Source: Eledone cirrhosa (Eukaryota). Taken from it: a stretch of DNA of 64,000 nt. The stretch is taken from NCBI GenBank assembly GCA_964016885.1, contig OZ024758.1, forward strand, positions 15,934,001 through 15,998,000, written 5' to 3'. The notes beneath the pieces were generated by a model, which did no database searches, was not told where the DNA came from, and was given only the letters and a program-made list of their open reading frames with translations. A program made the position numbers and the translations under genes. Positions 1 through 12,939 of this stretch are shown here, piece after piece. Position 1 is the stretch's first letter. The number at the start of each line of letters is the position of its first letter.

Positions 1-249
1 TGGGCGTGGTTCATAAAAATCAAAAACAACATAAAACATAGGCCAGCAAATACGGTATATTGTTATTAATAATTTAGCGTTAAAAAGCATAGAAAAAATA
101 TATATTGCCACGAAAAAAAAAACATTAAAAAATCGCAGAAGATATTTACAATTCCGCGAATATGTGGTGGTTTCACAAACAATTAGTTAGGTTCTAAGGA
201 AAATTCTGCGAATAACTGGGACCGCGAATGCCGAGGATGCACTATATGT

Positions 250-570
250 ATAATAATAATAATGAAATTATTGTGTACAGTGCTCAGGTGCACTACAACT
301 CATCAAAGGTGCATGTATAGTACATAGAATAATGTACAAATGTCAGGAAAATGAACAGTGCACGAGTCATGATATAATAACAATAACAATAATGAAATAT
401 TGTGTACAGTGCCCAGGTGCACCACAACTCATCAAAAAAGTGCATGTACAGTACATTAGGGCAATGCACAAACATCAGTAAAATGAACAGTGCACGAGTC
501 ATGATACACACATGTGTGCATGTGTATGGAAGGGGTACATCAGGTGTAGTTTTGATAAACTATTAATATA
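250..570 (-). mobile_element. LINE-type 3' tail repeat with (ATT)n end
   Basis: GAGTTGTAGTGCACCTGAGCACTGTACACAATAATTTCATTATT in a dimeric arrangement. Copies at 6640-6785, 34940-35140, 44880-44995 and 49060-49315. Confidence 0.6.
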
Positions 571-753
571 TATATTATCTGTGGGTAGAGCAGACCTCAG
601 ATCACTGAAACTCACAGAGGAGATGACGAAGGACCGTGACAAGTGGAGAGATGCTGTGCCGAATAGGACCCGTCCAACCCTTGCAAGCAGGGAAAAGCGG
701 ACGTAAAATAATGAAGATGATGACGATGATGATGATTTTTCTGTTTATTTCAG

Positions 754-3700
754 TGACTCTATTTGAGCTGACCATTGTTAATAACTGGTTTATCATCATG
801 GTGAGTACATTCTACTATTTAAAACAATTTATTTACTGGTTTCAGTCATTAGATCATGGCCATGCTGCAGCACCATTTTGAAAGGGTAGATCATAGCCAT
901 GCTGCGGCACCACTTTGAAAGGATAGATCATGGTCATGCTGTGGCACCACTTTGAAGGGGTTTAGTTAATGTTATTGACAACAGTACCCACTATTAGTTT
1001 TCTGATTCAGAGCGTGGAAAATGGACGTTAAGTGATGATGACAACACTACTACAATGTTATTTGTGGTCAGCAAATGTAATAACAGCTCCTTATTCTGTA
1101 TGTCTTCTAAAATGTATCTTTTGTATTATTTATACAGGAAGGTTATGCTAACACAGTCAGTGAATGGGTTCGACTCTACTTCATGATGTTCTACATTGTA
1201 TCTATGGTATGTCATCATTTTCCTAATTAATAATTGTTTCTACTTTAGGCACAAGGCCAGCAATTACCCAGTGCATTACTGGTACTTTATTTTATCGACC
1301 TCGTAAGGATGAAAGGGAAAGTCAACCTCGGCGGGATTTGAACTCAGATCATAAAGGGACGTAACTATGCTGGAAAGCATGGCGTCCGATCCTCTACCGA
1401 TACTGCCAATCCACCGCCTTATCCATTTTCCTCATTATCTATCATATTTTTAATGAAAAGTATTGTCTATGGTTTTTAAATAATTTTGAAAATAATCAAG
1501 AATCTAGAGGGATTTAGTAATATAACTGATTCTCATTATTCATCTGGTGTTTGGAACATGACTTAACATGATTGGATTGGCAGTATCGGTAGAGGGTCGG
1601 ACGCCATGCTTTGACGTATAGAGTTACGGTCCTTGCCATTCTGAGTTCAAATCCCGCCGAGGTTAACTTTGCCTTTCATCCTTACGGAGTCGATAAAATA
1701 AAGTACCAGTAATGCACTGGGTAATTGCTGGCCTTGTGCCCTAAAAATAGAAACAATTATTCATCCGGTGTTTGGAACATAACTTAACAAAGGTTCTTAC
1801 ATAGAACTATGATGGAAGGTTACAGGATAAATGTAAATATAAATACTTTAAAATAAAGTTTGCTATTGTGGAAAAGAAATTTTCAAAAATTTAAAAACTG
1901 AATTATAATCTTGTATATGTATAAATAATGTAAAAAATAAAATATTAGACATTAAATTTTCTTTCATATCGTTTTAGGTTGTGATGAATATTGTTGTGGC
2001 TTTTGTTTTAGATGCCTTTCTTTTCCGTATTCAGTACAGAAGGACAATGAACTGTAGAGATATTGAAGGTATGAAACACATGTCTTGTTTTATGATTCTC
2101 CAGCAACACATACTTATAACTGTGCTTATACAACTAAAATCATACATTGATGAACATTCTTCTTCAAATATTTACCTATTTGTCAAGCAATCTTTAGTCA
2201 TTTTCACTAATGAAATATCTTTTCTTTATCCTAAAAGTAAATACAAGTAAAACTTTAAAGAGATATTTATTTTATAAATGCAGCAACATTGGGTGTGTTA
2301 AAGCCATTTTTGTTGTTGTTATTGCTAAAGCAGGAGTTATCCTGCCAAACCATGTAAGGCTTCATGCTCGTCAATGTTTTATGGCCGGATGCCATTCCTG
2401 GTGCCAACCCTTTTAGTTGTCTCTTACAACATACAAGAGTAGTACTACTACTATTGCCACCGCTGCCATCACTACCCTCACCACTACCACCACCATCATC
2501 ACCACTACCACCACCACCATCGTCACCATCACTACCCTCATCACCACCACCACCATCATCACCACTACCACCACCATCGTCACCATCACTACCCTCATCA
2601 CCACCACCACCACCATCATCACCACCACCATCACCACCACCACCACCACCACCACCACCACCACCACCATCATCACCATCACTACCCTCATCATCATCAC
2701 CATCATCACCACTACCACCACCATCATCACCACCACCACCACCACCATCATCACCATCACTACCCTCATCATCATCACCACCACCACCATCATCACCACT
2801 ACCACCACCATCATCACCATCACCACCACCACCATCATCACCACCACCACCACCATCATCACCATCACTACCCTCATCACCACCACCACCACATTAATTG
2901 CCCCAGTTCTTCACAAGATAGTTCGGTATCTTCGTCAATGACTCTCTTTAATGCCTGGAGAAGTCTTTCCTGGTGCCAACCCTTTTAGTTGCCTCTTGCA
3001 ACATACAGGAGTAGTACTACTACTACTGCCATCACTACGCTCATCACCACCACCACCATCATCACCACTACCACCACCATCGTCACCATCACTACCCTCA
3101 TCACCACCACCACCACCATCATCACCACCACCACCATCATCACCACCACCACCATCATCACCACCACCACCACCATCATCACCATCACTACCCTCATCAT
3201 CATCACCACCACCACCACCACATTAATTGCCCCAGTTCTTCACAAGATAGTTCAGTATCTTCGTCAATGACTCTCTTTAATGCCTGGAGAAGTCTTCCAC
3301 GTTTATGTTTCACACACAGGAATATCATAAACTTATACTTAATACATGCAAATATTTCATCTTATTTCATACAGCACTTAATAATAATTGTTTCTACTTT
3401 TGGCACAAGGCCAGCAATTACCCAGTGCATTACTGGTACTTTATTTTATCGACCCCGTAAGGATGAAAGGCAAAGTTAACCTCAGCACGATTTGAACTCA
3501 GAATGGCAAAGGCCAATAATAATGAAAATTATTGTGTACTGTGCTCAGGTGCTCTACAACTCATCTAATTTGCAGCCATTTGCAAAATAAAATACATTTG
3601 CTTATTTTAGATATATTTATTTGTCAAGTCAACTCTAGAGTTTGTATGTATATTTTATTTTTCTTGGTCTCTTGCAGATGAAAGCATACAACAGGTAGAC

Positions 3701-5161
3701 ATACCTTTATCAGCCGAAGAATTACAAATGTGTGATAAAGAGACAACTCCTCTAACACCTTTATATTTAGGTGATCAGTCCAACACAAATGTAAGTATTT
3801 TATAGGAAATATAATGGTTTCTTATATAGGCACAAGGCCAGCAATTTTTGGGGAGAGGAAAGTCAATTAAATCCACCCGTGCGTGACTGGTACTTTATTT
3901 TATCGACCCTGTATGGCTGAAAGGAAAAGTTAACCATGGTGGGATTTGAACTCAGAGCATAAAGGGCCATAAATCTATGCTGCCAAGTATGGCATCCGAC
4001 CCATCTACCGATACTGCTGGTTTCTGATTTAGGCACAAAGCCAACAATTTTGGTGAGAAGGGTAACTCGATTAAATCGGCTCCAGTACATTACTGGTACT
4101 TGGGCTTAACCTGTGAGTATAAATAATATCGCTGAAGCTCACAGAAGAGATGATGAAGGACCGTGAGGAATGGAGAGATACTGTTCTGAATAGGACCTGT
4201 CCCATTCTTGCAAGCAGGGGAAAATGGACGTAAAATGATGATGATGATGTTTATAACAATTACTTCATACTATTTATGAGACACTTTTGTTTTGTTTCTT
4301 CTTCCAGGCAAAAGTAGTTTATCAAGGTGAACGTCGTAAAAACCGAGAAGATTTTAGTCTACAAATGTATGAAGATGAAGTCAAGGTAAATAAATAAATT
4401 CTATTTCTTATATAAAAGTTGTTGTTTTTCCTTCATAGATTCTCTACTTTCTATATTTTCTTGGTAAAAATATGAATATGTTACTTATTAGCATAACTTT
4501 CTGACTACTTTGACTCTGCTAATTCATATCATATCATACACAGGTTCTATTACTACTACTACTATCATCACTACCACCTTCACCATCATCACCACCACCA
4601 CTACTACAATCACCACCATCATCATCACTATCATCACCATCACCATCATCTTTATCATCACCACCACCACCATCACCTTTATCATCACCACCACCACCAT
4701 CACCACTACTACAATCACCACCATCATCACTATCATCACCATCATTACCACCATCACCATCATCACCACCACCACCATCACCACTACTACAATCACCACC
4801 ATCATCATCACTATCATCACCATCATTACCACCATCACCATCATCTTTATCATCACCACCACCATCATCATCACTATCATCACCATCATTACCACCATCA
4901 CCACCATCATCATCACTATCATCACCATCATTACCACCATCACCATCATCTTTATCACCACCACCACCATTATCACTATCACCTTTAAATATCTGCTTTT
5001 ATTTTATTTCACAGAATTGGATAGAGGAAGAAGTGAGTGAACGAAAGCATCTCATAAATTATATGAAGAACCTTCAGCAAAGGAGCCGAGCTAATTCTCT
5101 CAACTGTGAAGATTTGTCTTCATTTGACCATGGAACTAGACGTCTGTCCCTCTCTTTATAA
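754..5161 (+). CDS. TPCN1: Two-pore calcium/sodium channel 1, 3' part (last 6 coding exons; 5' part lies outside the window)
   Basis: Exons 754-800, 1138-1206, 1978-2068, 3678-3790, 4308-4385 and 5015-5161 (TAA). All have AG/GT boundaries and the frame is continuous: VTLFELTIVNNWFIIM|EGYANTVSEWVRLYFMMFYIVSM|VVMNIVVAFVLDAFLFRIQYRR...YQGERRKNREDFSLQMYEDEVKNWIEE. This matches the TPC domain-II pore helix, VNNW filter, S6 and TPC1-type C-tail. Confidence 0.9.
2393..3297. repeat. Tandem duplication containing (CAC/CAT)n low-complexity tracts
   Basis: TTCCTGGTGCCAACCCTTTTAGTTG...CATTAATTGCCCCAGTTCTTCACAAGATAG...GCCTGGAGAAGTCTT occurs twice (~2395-2967 and ~2967-3297). Confidence 0.9.
4550..4983. 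repeat. (CAT/CAC)n compound microsatellite
   Basis: Trinucleotide tract in the last TPC1 intron. Confidence 0.95.
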
Positions 5162-6828
5162 CTGACCAAAGATCTATTTTTGTGTTATATACATCATCAT
5201 CATCATCGTATGTCAATTTTTTCCATACTTACATTAGTCAGACTGGCCATCTTCAGCACAACCTGCCTCAACTCATTATATTCCACCTTAGTCATCTCTT
5301 CTGTTAGATTCAGTTATTTTGAAATCAGCTATTACCACTTCTGTTCAGGTTTTCCTTGGTTTTCTTCACCCCCCCCCCCCCCCCTCCTTCCTCACAACCC
5401 ACCCACTTCGCTGGCATCTTTTGCCACTTCTTCACTCAATAATCATCATATTGTTTGTAATAATTCTATTTATTTCATCCTCATTGATTGAATAATACCC
5501 CTGCTCACCATTACATTATGTTAAAATCATTTTATAGTTATACAAATTCAAATAAGTTTAAAGATTTAGAAGTCTGACAATGCGTGAGAGATTAAAAGTG
5601 CCAAGGTAATAGGAATTATAGAGAGTAAAAGGACTGATAAAAGAGTGAGACAATAGAATTTTACCTTAGCTAAGGTAAAATTCTATCATTCTCACTCTTT
5701 TATTTTCTCTAATTCTTATTATCTTGCACGCATTGTAGGGCTTCCAAATATTTAAACTTATTTAAATTTGTATTTCTTATTCCACAATGCTTCAAGTAAA
5801 CTATAACACTTTGTTATTTTATAGTTGTTTTGTTCAGTTTTCTCATCAGATATAATATATGCCCTATGTTTCTCAAGGAAACATGGTTGTGTGGGTGAGG
5901 AGTTTGGCAACTATGTAACTTTATGTTCATTTCCACTGTGTAGCATCTTAGTCAAGTCATCTTCTACATTAGCCGTGGGTTGACCAATGTATATACATAT
6001 ACCTATATATATACACATACCTATATATATATATATTTATATATATGGGTACAAGCTGAAGCATATAGACAATATGCCCCCACACCCCCCACCGCAAGGT
6101 GGTCGTGGAGGTGCCACGGAAAAAAGTACCCAGCACTCACTGTAAATGAGGTTGGTGTTAGGAAGGGCATCCAGCTGTAGAAACCAAGCCAAATCAGTTC
6201 CTGTATGAGCAAGGCATGGTCAGCCGACCAGACACTGCCCACAACAGGACAACCCGTCTAACCCATGCTAGTAAAACGTAAAACGGTGATGATGAGTCCA
6301 CTCTGTAAAGTGGTTGTGCTGGTGTCATGACAAAGAGCACTCAGTCTACTCTGTAAGGTGGTAGTGCGGCTGCCACAAAAAAAAAAAAAGAAGCTTCCGG
6401 TACACATTGTAAAGAGGTTGATGTAAGGAAAACATCAGACTGTAGAAAACCAAGTGGAAATCGGAGTATATGAGCAAGACATGGTCATCTTGCAGTTGAA
6501 TGTACAGCTCTTTACTGTGTGATTTCTTCCATGCTGGCATGGATTAGTAGATAAGTCTACATGATCATATTTCTTCAGTTCTCTCTACTTGGTTAATCTT
6601 GGATTTTTATGTCATATATTCCCCCTCCATAACCACACATGCATTTGTATCTGTGTGTATATCATGACTCATTCACTGTTTATTTTCCTTACATTTGTAC
6701 ATTATTCTATGTACTATACATGCACCTTTGATGAGTTGTAGTACACCTGAGCACTGTACATAATAATTTCCATTATTATTATTATATATATATATATATA
6801 TAAATAATAATTTCAATTATTATTATAT

Positions 6829-7013
6829 GTGGATTGGCAGTATCGGTAGAGGGTCGGACGCCATGCTTTCCAGCATAGTTACGTCCCTTTACGATCTGAG
6901 TTCAAATCCCGCCGAGGTTGACTTTGCCTTTCATCCTTACGGGGTCGATAAAATAAAGTACCAGTAATGCACTGGATAATTGCTGGTCTTGTGCCTAAAG
7001 TAGAAACAATTAT
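6829..7013 (+). mobile_element. tRNA-derived SINE family A (Deu/Nin-like core)
   Basis: A box TGGCAGTATCGG, B box GAGTTCAAATCC, core CTTTGCCTTTCATCCTTACGGGGTCGATAAAATAAAGTACCAG. Many similar copies: 1231-1420(-), 1572-1760(+), 11332-11955 (x3), 25790-26150 (-, x2), 37786-37980(-), 39034-39221, 48345-48528, 59812-60008, 61573-61738. Confidence 0.85.
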
Positions 7014-7192
7014 TATATATATATATATATATAAATAATAATTTCAATTATTATTATATATATATATATATATATATGTTAAGTATTTCCGAAGAAAAAA
7101 AGAGTGCTCTATATTTAAAACAGAGTTATTTAATAAGAAAATATATAACACAATATATAACTACTCCAGATAGAGGGGTTAATAGAAAACCC

Positions 7193-7260
7193 TTCTGTCT
7201 GATGAGTGAACTAGACATATGTTAATATTGTCTAGGGTCCTGAAACCTTTGGTAATAGAG
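7193..7260 (+). ncRNA. Type I hammerhead ribozyme motif (helix II base degenerate)
   Basis: TTCTGT-CTGATGA (7199-7205), helix II (CTAGACA/TGTCTAG), GAAA (7242-45), CC-TTT-GG-TA, then ATAGAG. Helix I is 6 bp with G-U pairs; GUA site ends at 7254. Confidence 0.55.
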
Positions 7261-7311
7261 TAGTTATATATTGTGTTGTTCACTTTTTAATTAAATATAT
7301 ATATATATATT

Positions 7312-7760
7312 TATACCATGATATTAAATAAATGGAAACTATATTTATAAAACCATATTTATTTTATATATTTCAAGGGCAACCAAGACAACATTGGTGC
7401 GCTTTCATCAGATAAAATACAAAGTTTGTTTTATAAATAGAGACATACCCATGAAAATTCTACCTTACCGGTTGGAAATTCACTGAATTCAGTGAATTTC
7501 CGACCGGTAAGGTAGAATTTTCATGGGTATGTCTCTATTTATAAAACAAACTTTGTATTTTATCTGATGAAAGCGCACCAATGTTGTCTTGGTTGCCCTT
7601 GAAATATATATAATAAAATAAATATGGTTTTATAAATATAGTTTCCATTTATTTAATATCATGGTATATTTACTCTAGTAACTTGTTGAGTGCTCTAAAT
7701 CAGTTATAAACATTTATGTTTGTTGGACTTCCAACAAATTAAATACAACTTCCATATCAT
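7312..7760 (+). mobile_element. Penelope-like/retrozyme-type element with tail-to-tail inverted arms (palindrome 7312-7668)
   Basis: ~176-bp arms centred on GAATTC (7485-90) and adjacent to (TA)n. It contains the hammerhead motif and ends in a TTGTTGAGTGC-containing tail. Confidence 0.55.
7556..7620 (+). ncRNA. Minimal type I hammerhead ribozyme motif
   Basis: Helix I TATTTTAT (7556-63) pairs with ATAAAATA (7613-20). Core CTGATGA at 7564-70. Helix II AAG-GCA-CCAA/TTGG-TGC-CTT. GAAA at 7601-04. Short palindromic helix III TATATA. Cleavage triplet AUA ends at 7612. Confidence 0.7.
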
Positions 7761-8285
7761 CATCATCATTTTATGTCCGCTCTTGCAAGAGTGGGACGGG
7801 TCTTATTCAGCACAGCATCTCTCCACTTGTCACGGTCCTTCGTCATCTCCACCGTGAGCTTCAGCGATCTGAGGTCTGTTCTCACCACCTCTGCCCATGT
7901 TTTTCGTGGTCTACCTCTACCACATCTTCCTTCAACTGGTATTTCCTGGCACTTCTTTATCCATCGGTCATCCTCCATGCGCATCACATGTCCATACAAC
8001 CTCAGTCTCCTCTCCCGTACGCTACATTCTATCCCTCTCAGACACAGTTTCTCTCTCAACACATTCATGCTGGGTCATTCATGTTCATTGACACTGCACA
8101 TCCAACGGATCATGCCTGCCTCATTTCTCTCCAGCCGTCGCATATCCTCTGCAGTTGCTGCCCATGTCTCACTACCATGCAACATCGTGCTCCTCACACA
8201 GGCATCATATAACCGGCCTTTCGTATGCAGGGAGAAACCCTTCTTCGTCAGCAGAGGAAGCAGCTCCCTAAACTTCTTCCAACCC
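7760..8285 (-). mobile_element. RTE-clade LINE 3' fragment
   Basis: GWKKFRELLPLLT..KGRLYDACVRSTMLHGSETW...RRLRLYGHVMRM...GRGRPRKTW, followed by a (TGA)n tail. Other copies at 587-735, 4130-4250, 10870-10980, 46587-46907 (+) and 50818-51125 (-). Confidence 0.88.
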
Positions 8286-9124
8286 AATTTATATATATTC
8301 TTCTCTAGTCATAATGAAATATCTTTATCTCAAAGCTACTTCATTCACTGTTTGCTTGCTCATATGAACCCAATGATGTTTCTAGTCACAAGTTGATTTC
8401 TCATACCTGATCTGACAGGGATTTAAATTCTATAACGATTAGATCATATCAAATAATATTGTTATCATCATCATCGTTTTCACAGCTCTAGCACCAGTCC
8501 TTCATAGGCTGACCAAGATACTCTCATGGAATGCACCAAATGAGATTTATTTCTCAACATAATCCTTGGAAAGAAACAATGCAGTTATTAATAAGAGATG
8601 AAATTAATGCATGCAAGATTTTACAGCTCTAGCATCAATTCTTCATAGGATGACCAAGATACTCTCATGGAATTACCAAATGAGATTTATTTTTCAACAT
8701 AATCCTTGGAAAGAAACATTGCAGTTATTAATAAGAAGAGTTGAAATTAATGCATACAAGATTTCACAGCTCTAGCATCAATCCTTCATAGTCAGCTTAT
8801 GAACTTTTCAGCCACCCTAGTGTGTTTGTTTCTAATGTGGTCTTTGTATTACTCCTCAAATACCTGGTAAAATTACTCTCTCTCTCTTTCTCTCTTTGTC
8901 GACAAAATGAATAAATATATTTTTATAATGAATTTGAGTTCTGAATTCTGTGAACAAAAATATTTTTATATTTACATTTAGAATTTAAACAAAACTGTAA
9001 ATAATTTAAATATCTAATAAAGAATTTACAAATTTGAAGACCACAACCATTTGTAAAATGTAATTTTGTATGTTGATCTTATAAAAGATGTTTCTTATAT
9101 GATGAGATGATTTATTTCTGTAAG

Positions 9125-9158
<34 letters not shown>

Positions 9159-9329
9159 CATATATATAATCATCATCATCATCGTTTAACGTCCATCTTT
9201 CATGCTAGCATGGGTTAGACAGTTTTGTTCCATTTGATGCAGGATTGGTTGGGAGACCATGTCTTGCTCGTACGGAACTGTCTCTGGCAGGTTTTTCTAC
9301 AGCTGAATGCCGTTCCTAACACCAACCAC

Positions 9330-9600
9330 ATTTACAGTGTGGACTGGGAGCCTTTTTACCATGTCCCTTAGATAACCACTTTACAGTGTGGACTGGGAGC
9401 CTTTTTACCATGTCTCTTACACAACCACTTTACAGTGTGGACTGGGAGCCTTTATCCCATGTCTCTTACACAACCACTTTACAGTGTGGACTGGGAGCCT
9501 TTATCCCATGTCTCTTACACAACCACTTTACAGTGTGGACTGGGAGCCTTTATCCCATGTCTCTTACACAACCACTTTACAGTGTGGATTGAGTGCTTTT
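9330..9600. repeat. ~49-bp tandem repeat amplified from a SINE internal segment
   Basis: TTTACAGTGTGGACTGGGAGCCTTTATCCCATGTCTCTTACACAACCAC, about 5 copies. Similar arrays at 40025-40250 and 51915-52350. Confidence 0.85.
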
Positions 9601-10197
9601 TGTTGTGTCACCAACACAGAGGACGGAAATGTATATATATATATATGCATACACACATTCATGTATATATGTTTGGTTATACATAAAATATATACATTAA
9701 TATACGAGGGGGTATATTTTGGTGATTTATACTGGATAACATAGACATACATTGGTGTACATTTTGGTGATGTCCACTCTGTAAAGTGGTCGTGTAGGTA
9801 TCATGATAAAAAGCACCCAGGTCACACTGTTAAGTGGCCATGTAGGTGTCATGACACAAAGTGCCCAGCACACAATGTAAATGTGGTTGGCGTTAGGAAG
9901 GGCATCCAGCTGTAGAAAGGAGGCCCAAATCAGTTCCATGTGTGCGAATCAAGGTCCTCTGGCCTGATCTCTCACAAAGGGACTGCTCGAACGGAAATGA
10001 TGGATGATACAGGATAATATAGACATTGGTATATATTTTAGAGATTATACTAGGTGATATAGACATTGGTGAGAAAAACCGATGCAGTGTTGTCTTTTCA
10101 TGAGAATCTCTTGTGATATTTATTTTCCATGAGTTAAGAACTACAAAACAAATGAAAACCAACAGCAATAAATAGATGTAAAAATATTTATCAATAT

Positions 10198-12770
10198 TTA
10201 GTTCACTTCTTCAGGTTCAGGCTCTGGTTTATTGAACTGGTCTTCAGTTATTTCTGTATGATTATTGTAGTTCTCCATCACAACGCCTGCCAATTTCTCA
10301 AGATTGCAGTCAGCCAGGGCCGTTGTAAGAAGAGTTACCTTCTCTTTAGGTTTGTTGTTTTCTTTTGACCGGTACCAATTAAAAAGTACGCTCTTAGACA
10401 GTTGATAGATTTCTCTCTCACCAGCATCTCTAAGACCATACTTCCCACATATCCCCAACACATAATTTATTATGGTTGTATTGGAGATGTTTAACAGCAT
10501 TCCAAGTTGAATTGCATCAACGCCATCTTTAACTTGTTTCGCCAACAGAGTTAAGCTATTCTCGCATATAATAACAGCTCTGTCAATAGTTGGCGGAGTC
10601 TCTGAAAAAAATATATAGAAGAAAGGCTAAATAGTCAGAGATTAATTCTTTTATTAGTATAAAATGGTGGCATTACAAAGAGCATCCAGCTGTAGAGACC
10701 AAGCCAAAATCAGTTTCGGTATGAGCAAAACATGGTTACCTGACCTAGCATTGCCCACAACAGGACAACTTGTCTAACCCATGTTAGCGTGGAAAAATGG
10801 ACGTAAAACGGTGATTATGATTTCTAAAGAAAAATATTGCCTATTATTTTCAAGTCATTTTGAAAATAATAGGAGATGATGAAGGACCGTGACAAGTGGA
10901 GAGCTGCTGTGCTGAATAGGACCTGTCCCACCCTTGCAAGCAGGGAAAAGCGGACATAAAATGATGATGATGATGATGAAGGATTTGATAAATAAAATAG
11001 TTTGGAACATAACAAATGTTCTTACATAAAATTATGATGGAAGATTTTTAGATTACTATAAACAGCTTAGTATCACAGAATCAGGGGCAGTTTACAGTGC
11101 CAAATTTACCATTGTGTTTAGATGTGCTTAAGCACAGGGACCTGTTGGCCAGGGGGTTGGCCCATCTTCCTGCTGGACAGAATAGAGAAGGCGGTTCCCT
11201 GGAGGATGGTGAGGGAGATGCGCTGGAAGAGCCATTCCAGCTCGCGAGGCTCACACCTGCGGGGAGACTAATCTGTATTGATGGTGGTGAACAGGGAGGT
11301 GGCCCTAGGGCCAAGGACAACAAAAGTCTCCAGTATCGGTAGAGCGTCGGACAACATGCTTTGCGGCATAAAGTTACAGCCCGTTACGTTCTGAGTTCAA
11401 ATCCCACCAAGGTTAGCTTTGCCTTTCATACTTACGGGGAGGGGGGGGGGGGTCGATAAAATAAAGTACCAGTAACACACTGGGGTCAATTTAACCGCCT
11501 TTTCCTTCCCCCCAAATTACTGGCCTTGTGCTTATACTAGAAATCATTATTATCTCACGAGGGCTTGGGATTGGCAGTATCGGTAGAAGGTCGGACGCCA
11601 TGTTTTCTAGCATAGTTACGTCCCTTTACGTTCTGAGTTCAAATCCCACCAAGGTTAACTTTGCCTTTCATCCTTACGGGGTCGATAAAATAAAGTACCA
11701 GTAATGCACTGGTATAATTGCTGGCCTTGTGCCAAAAGTAGAAACAATTATTATCTCACGAGGGCGGTGGATTGGCAGTATCGGTAGAGAGTTGGACGCC
11801 ATGCTTTGCAGCAAAGAGTTACAACCCTTTACGGTCTGAGTTAAAATCTTGCCGAGGTTAACTTTGCCTTTCATCCTTACGAAGTCAATAAAATAAAGTA
11901 CCAGTAATACACTGGAAATAATTGGCTTTGTGCCAAAGTAGAAATAATTATTATCTCACGCATTTTTATCAGAAGAAATTAAAAACACGACCATACTAAC
12001 ATATTTAGGGTCAATAGAAAATCAGTATAGTAAAAACCAAAGCACAAGTATATTGAAACAAATTATTTTCCACATTTTTGGAGGGGCTTAAGCTCTAAAA
12101 CCCCATAATGTGCTGGAAGGCTCGGATAGATAAGATAATTGTCGCAGAAGTTAGGTGGACTAAACATTTTGTTAAACGTATATAAAAAAGGAGATATGGT
12201 GGTATGACTAGACATTTACTTACAATTGTCGATAACTTTATTAATGTCTTTTGTGATTATGAAAACAGAAAGGGAAAGACTAGGGCTCTAGGGTCACAGA
12301 AGAATGACGAGGGGTAAGGATGATGGGCTCTGTGCTTAGGAGGCGGCGGTATTGGGGTTTACATATTTACGAAATTGTTAAATCGTAGCTAAAAAGATAT
12401 AAAATAATTAGTTCTGGTATATTTCGTTCGTCTCTAAGGTTTAAAATTTACTTATTTGTTTATTTGTGGGAATTTATCGTAAATTAGGTTTTGAGGTTTA
12501 AAAAAAAATATCTAAAAAAAGAAAACATATTTTATTTTATCAAGGTGTATGAAAATTTAATAATATAATTCATTGAACAATAATGATAAAGGTTTAAAAT
12601 TATTCTAATAATAATGATTTCTACTACAGGCACAAGGCCAGCAATTTTGGGAGGAGGGGGAAGTCGATTAAATCGACCCTAGAGTATTACTGGGGTGTTT
12701 TATTCTAATAATACATGTAACATTACTAACCTGCATCCGAATCACTAAACGTTACCGATTGTTGACGCAT
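10198..12770 (-). CDS. Small death-domain-like protein (~147 aa)
   Basis: Terminal exon 10601-10198 (acceptor ttttcag, stop TAA) encodes ...LLAKQVKDGVDAIQLGMLLNISNTTI...LSKSVLFNWYRS...VTLLTTALADCNLEKLAGVV, a death-fold helical pattern. A phase-compatible upstream exon 12770-12731 (MRQQSVTFSDSDA, donor gttagt) joins it. The N-terminus is uncertain; another donor ATG|gtaagt sits at 14690-14682. Confidence 0.6.
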
Positions 12771-12939
12771 TTGGATCAAATTCAGAAGATTTCTTTCTTT
12801 GAGTTTTCCTCAGATGGCTCAGAATTCAACTCAATTCAGGGAAGATAATGGCCGGTCGACTGGCAGTATCAGTGGAGCGTCAGACGCCATGCCTTGCAGC
12901 ACAGAGTTATGTTCCTTTACGTTTTTCGTTCAAATCCCG

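Noticed and set aside
2364-3270. Long Pro/Ser-, Thr/Ile- and Val/Met-rich ORFs (also 4510-5040 and 47131-47728)
   Set aside because: They are translations of intronic trinucleotide microsatellites open in several frames, with no splice or homology support.
11960-12600. Possible NUMT or extra exon in the death-domain gene intron
   Set aside because: I found no recognisable mitochondrial protein or rRNA. The donor near 12220 would create a TAG when joined to the terminal exon.
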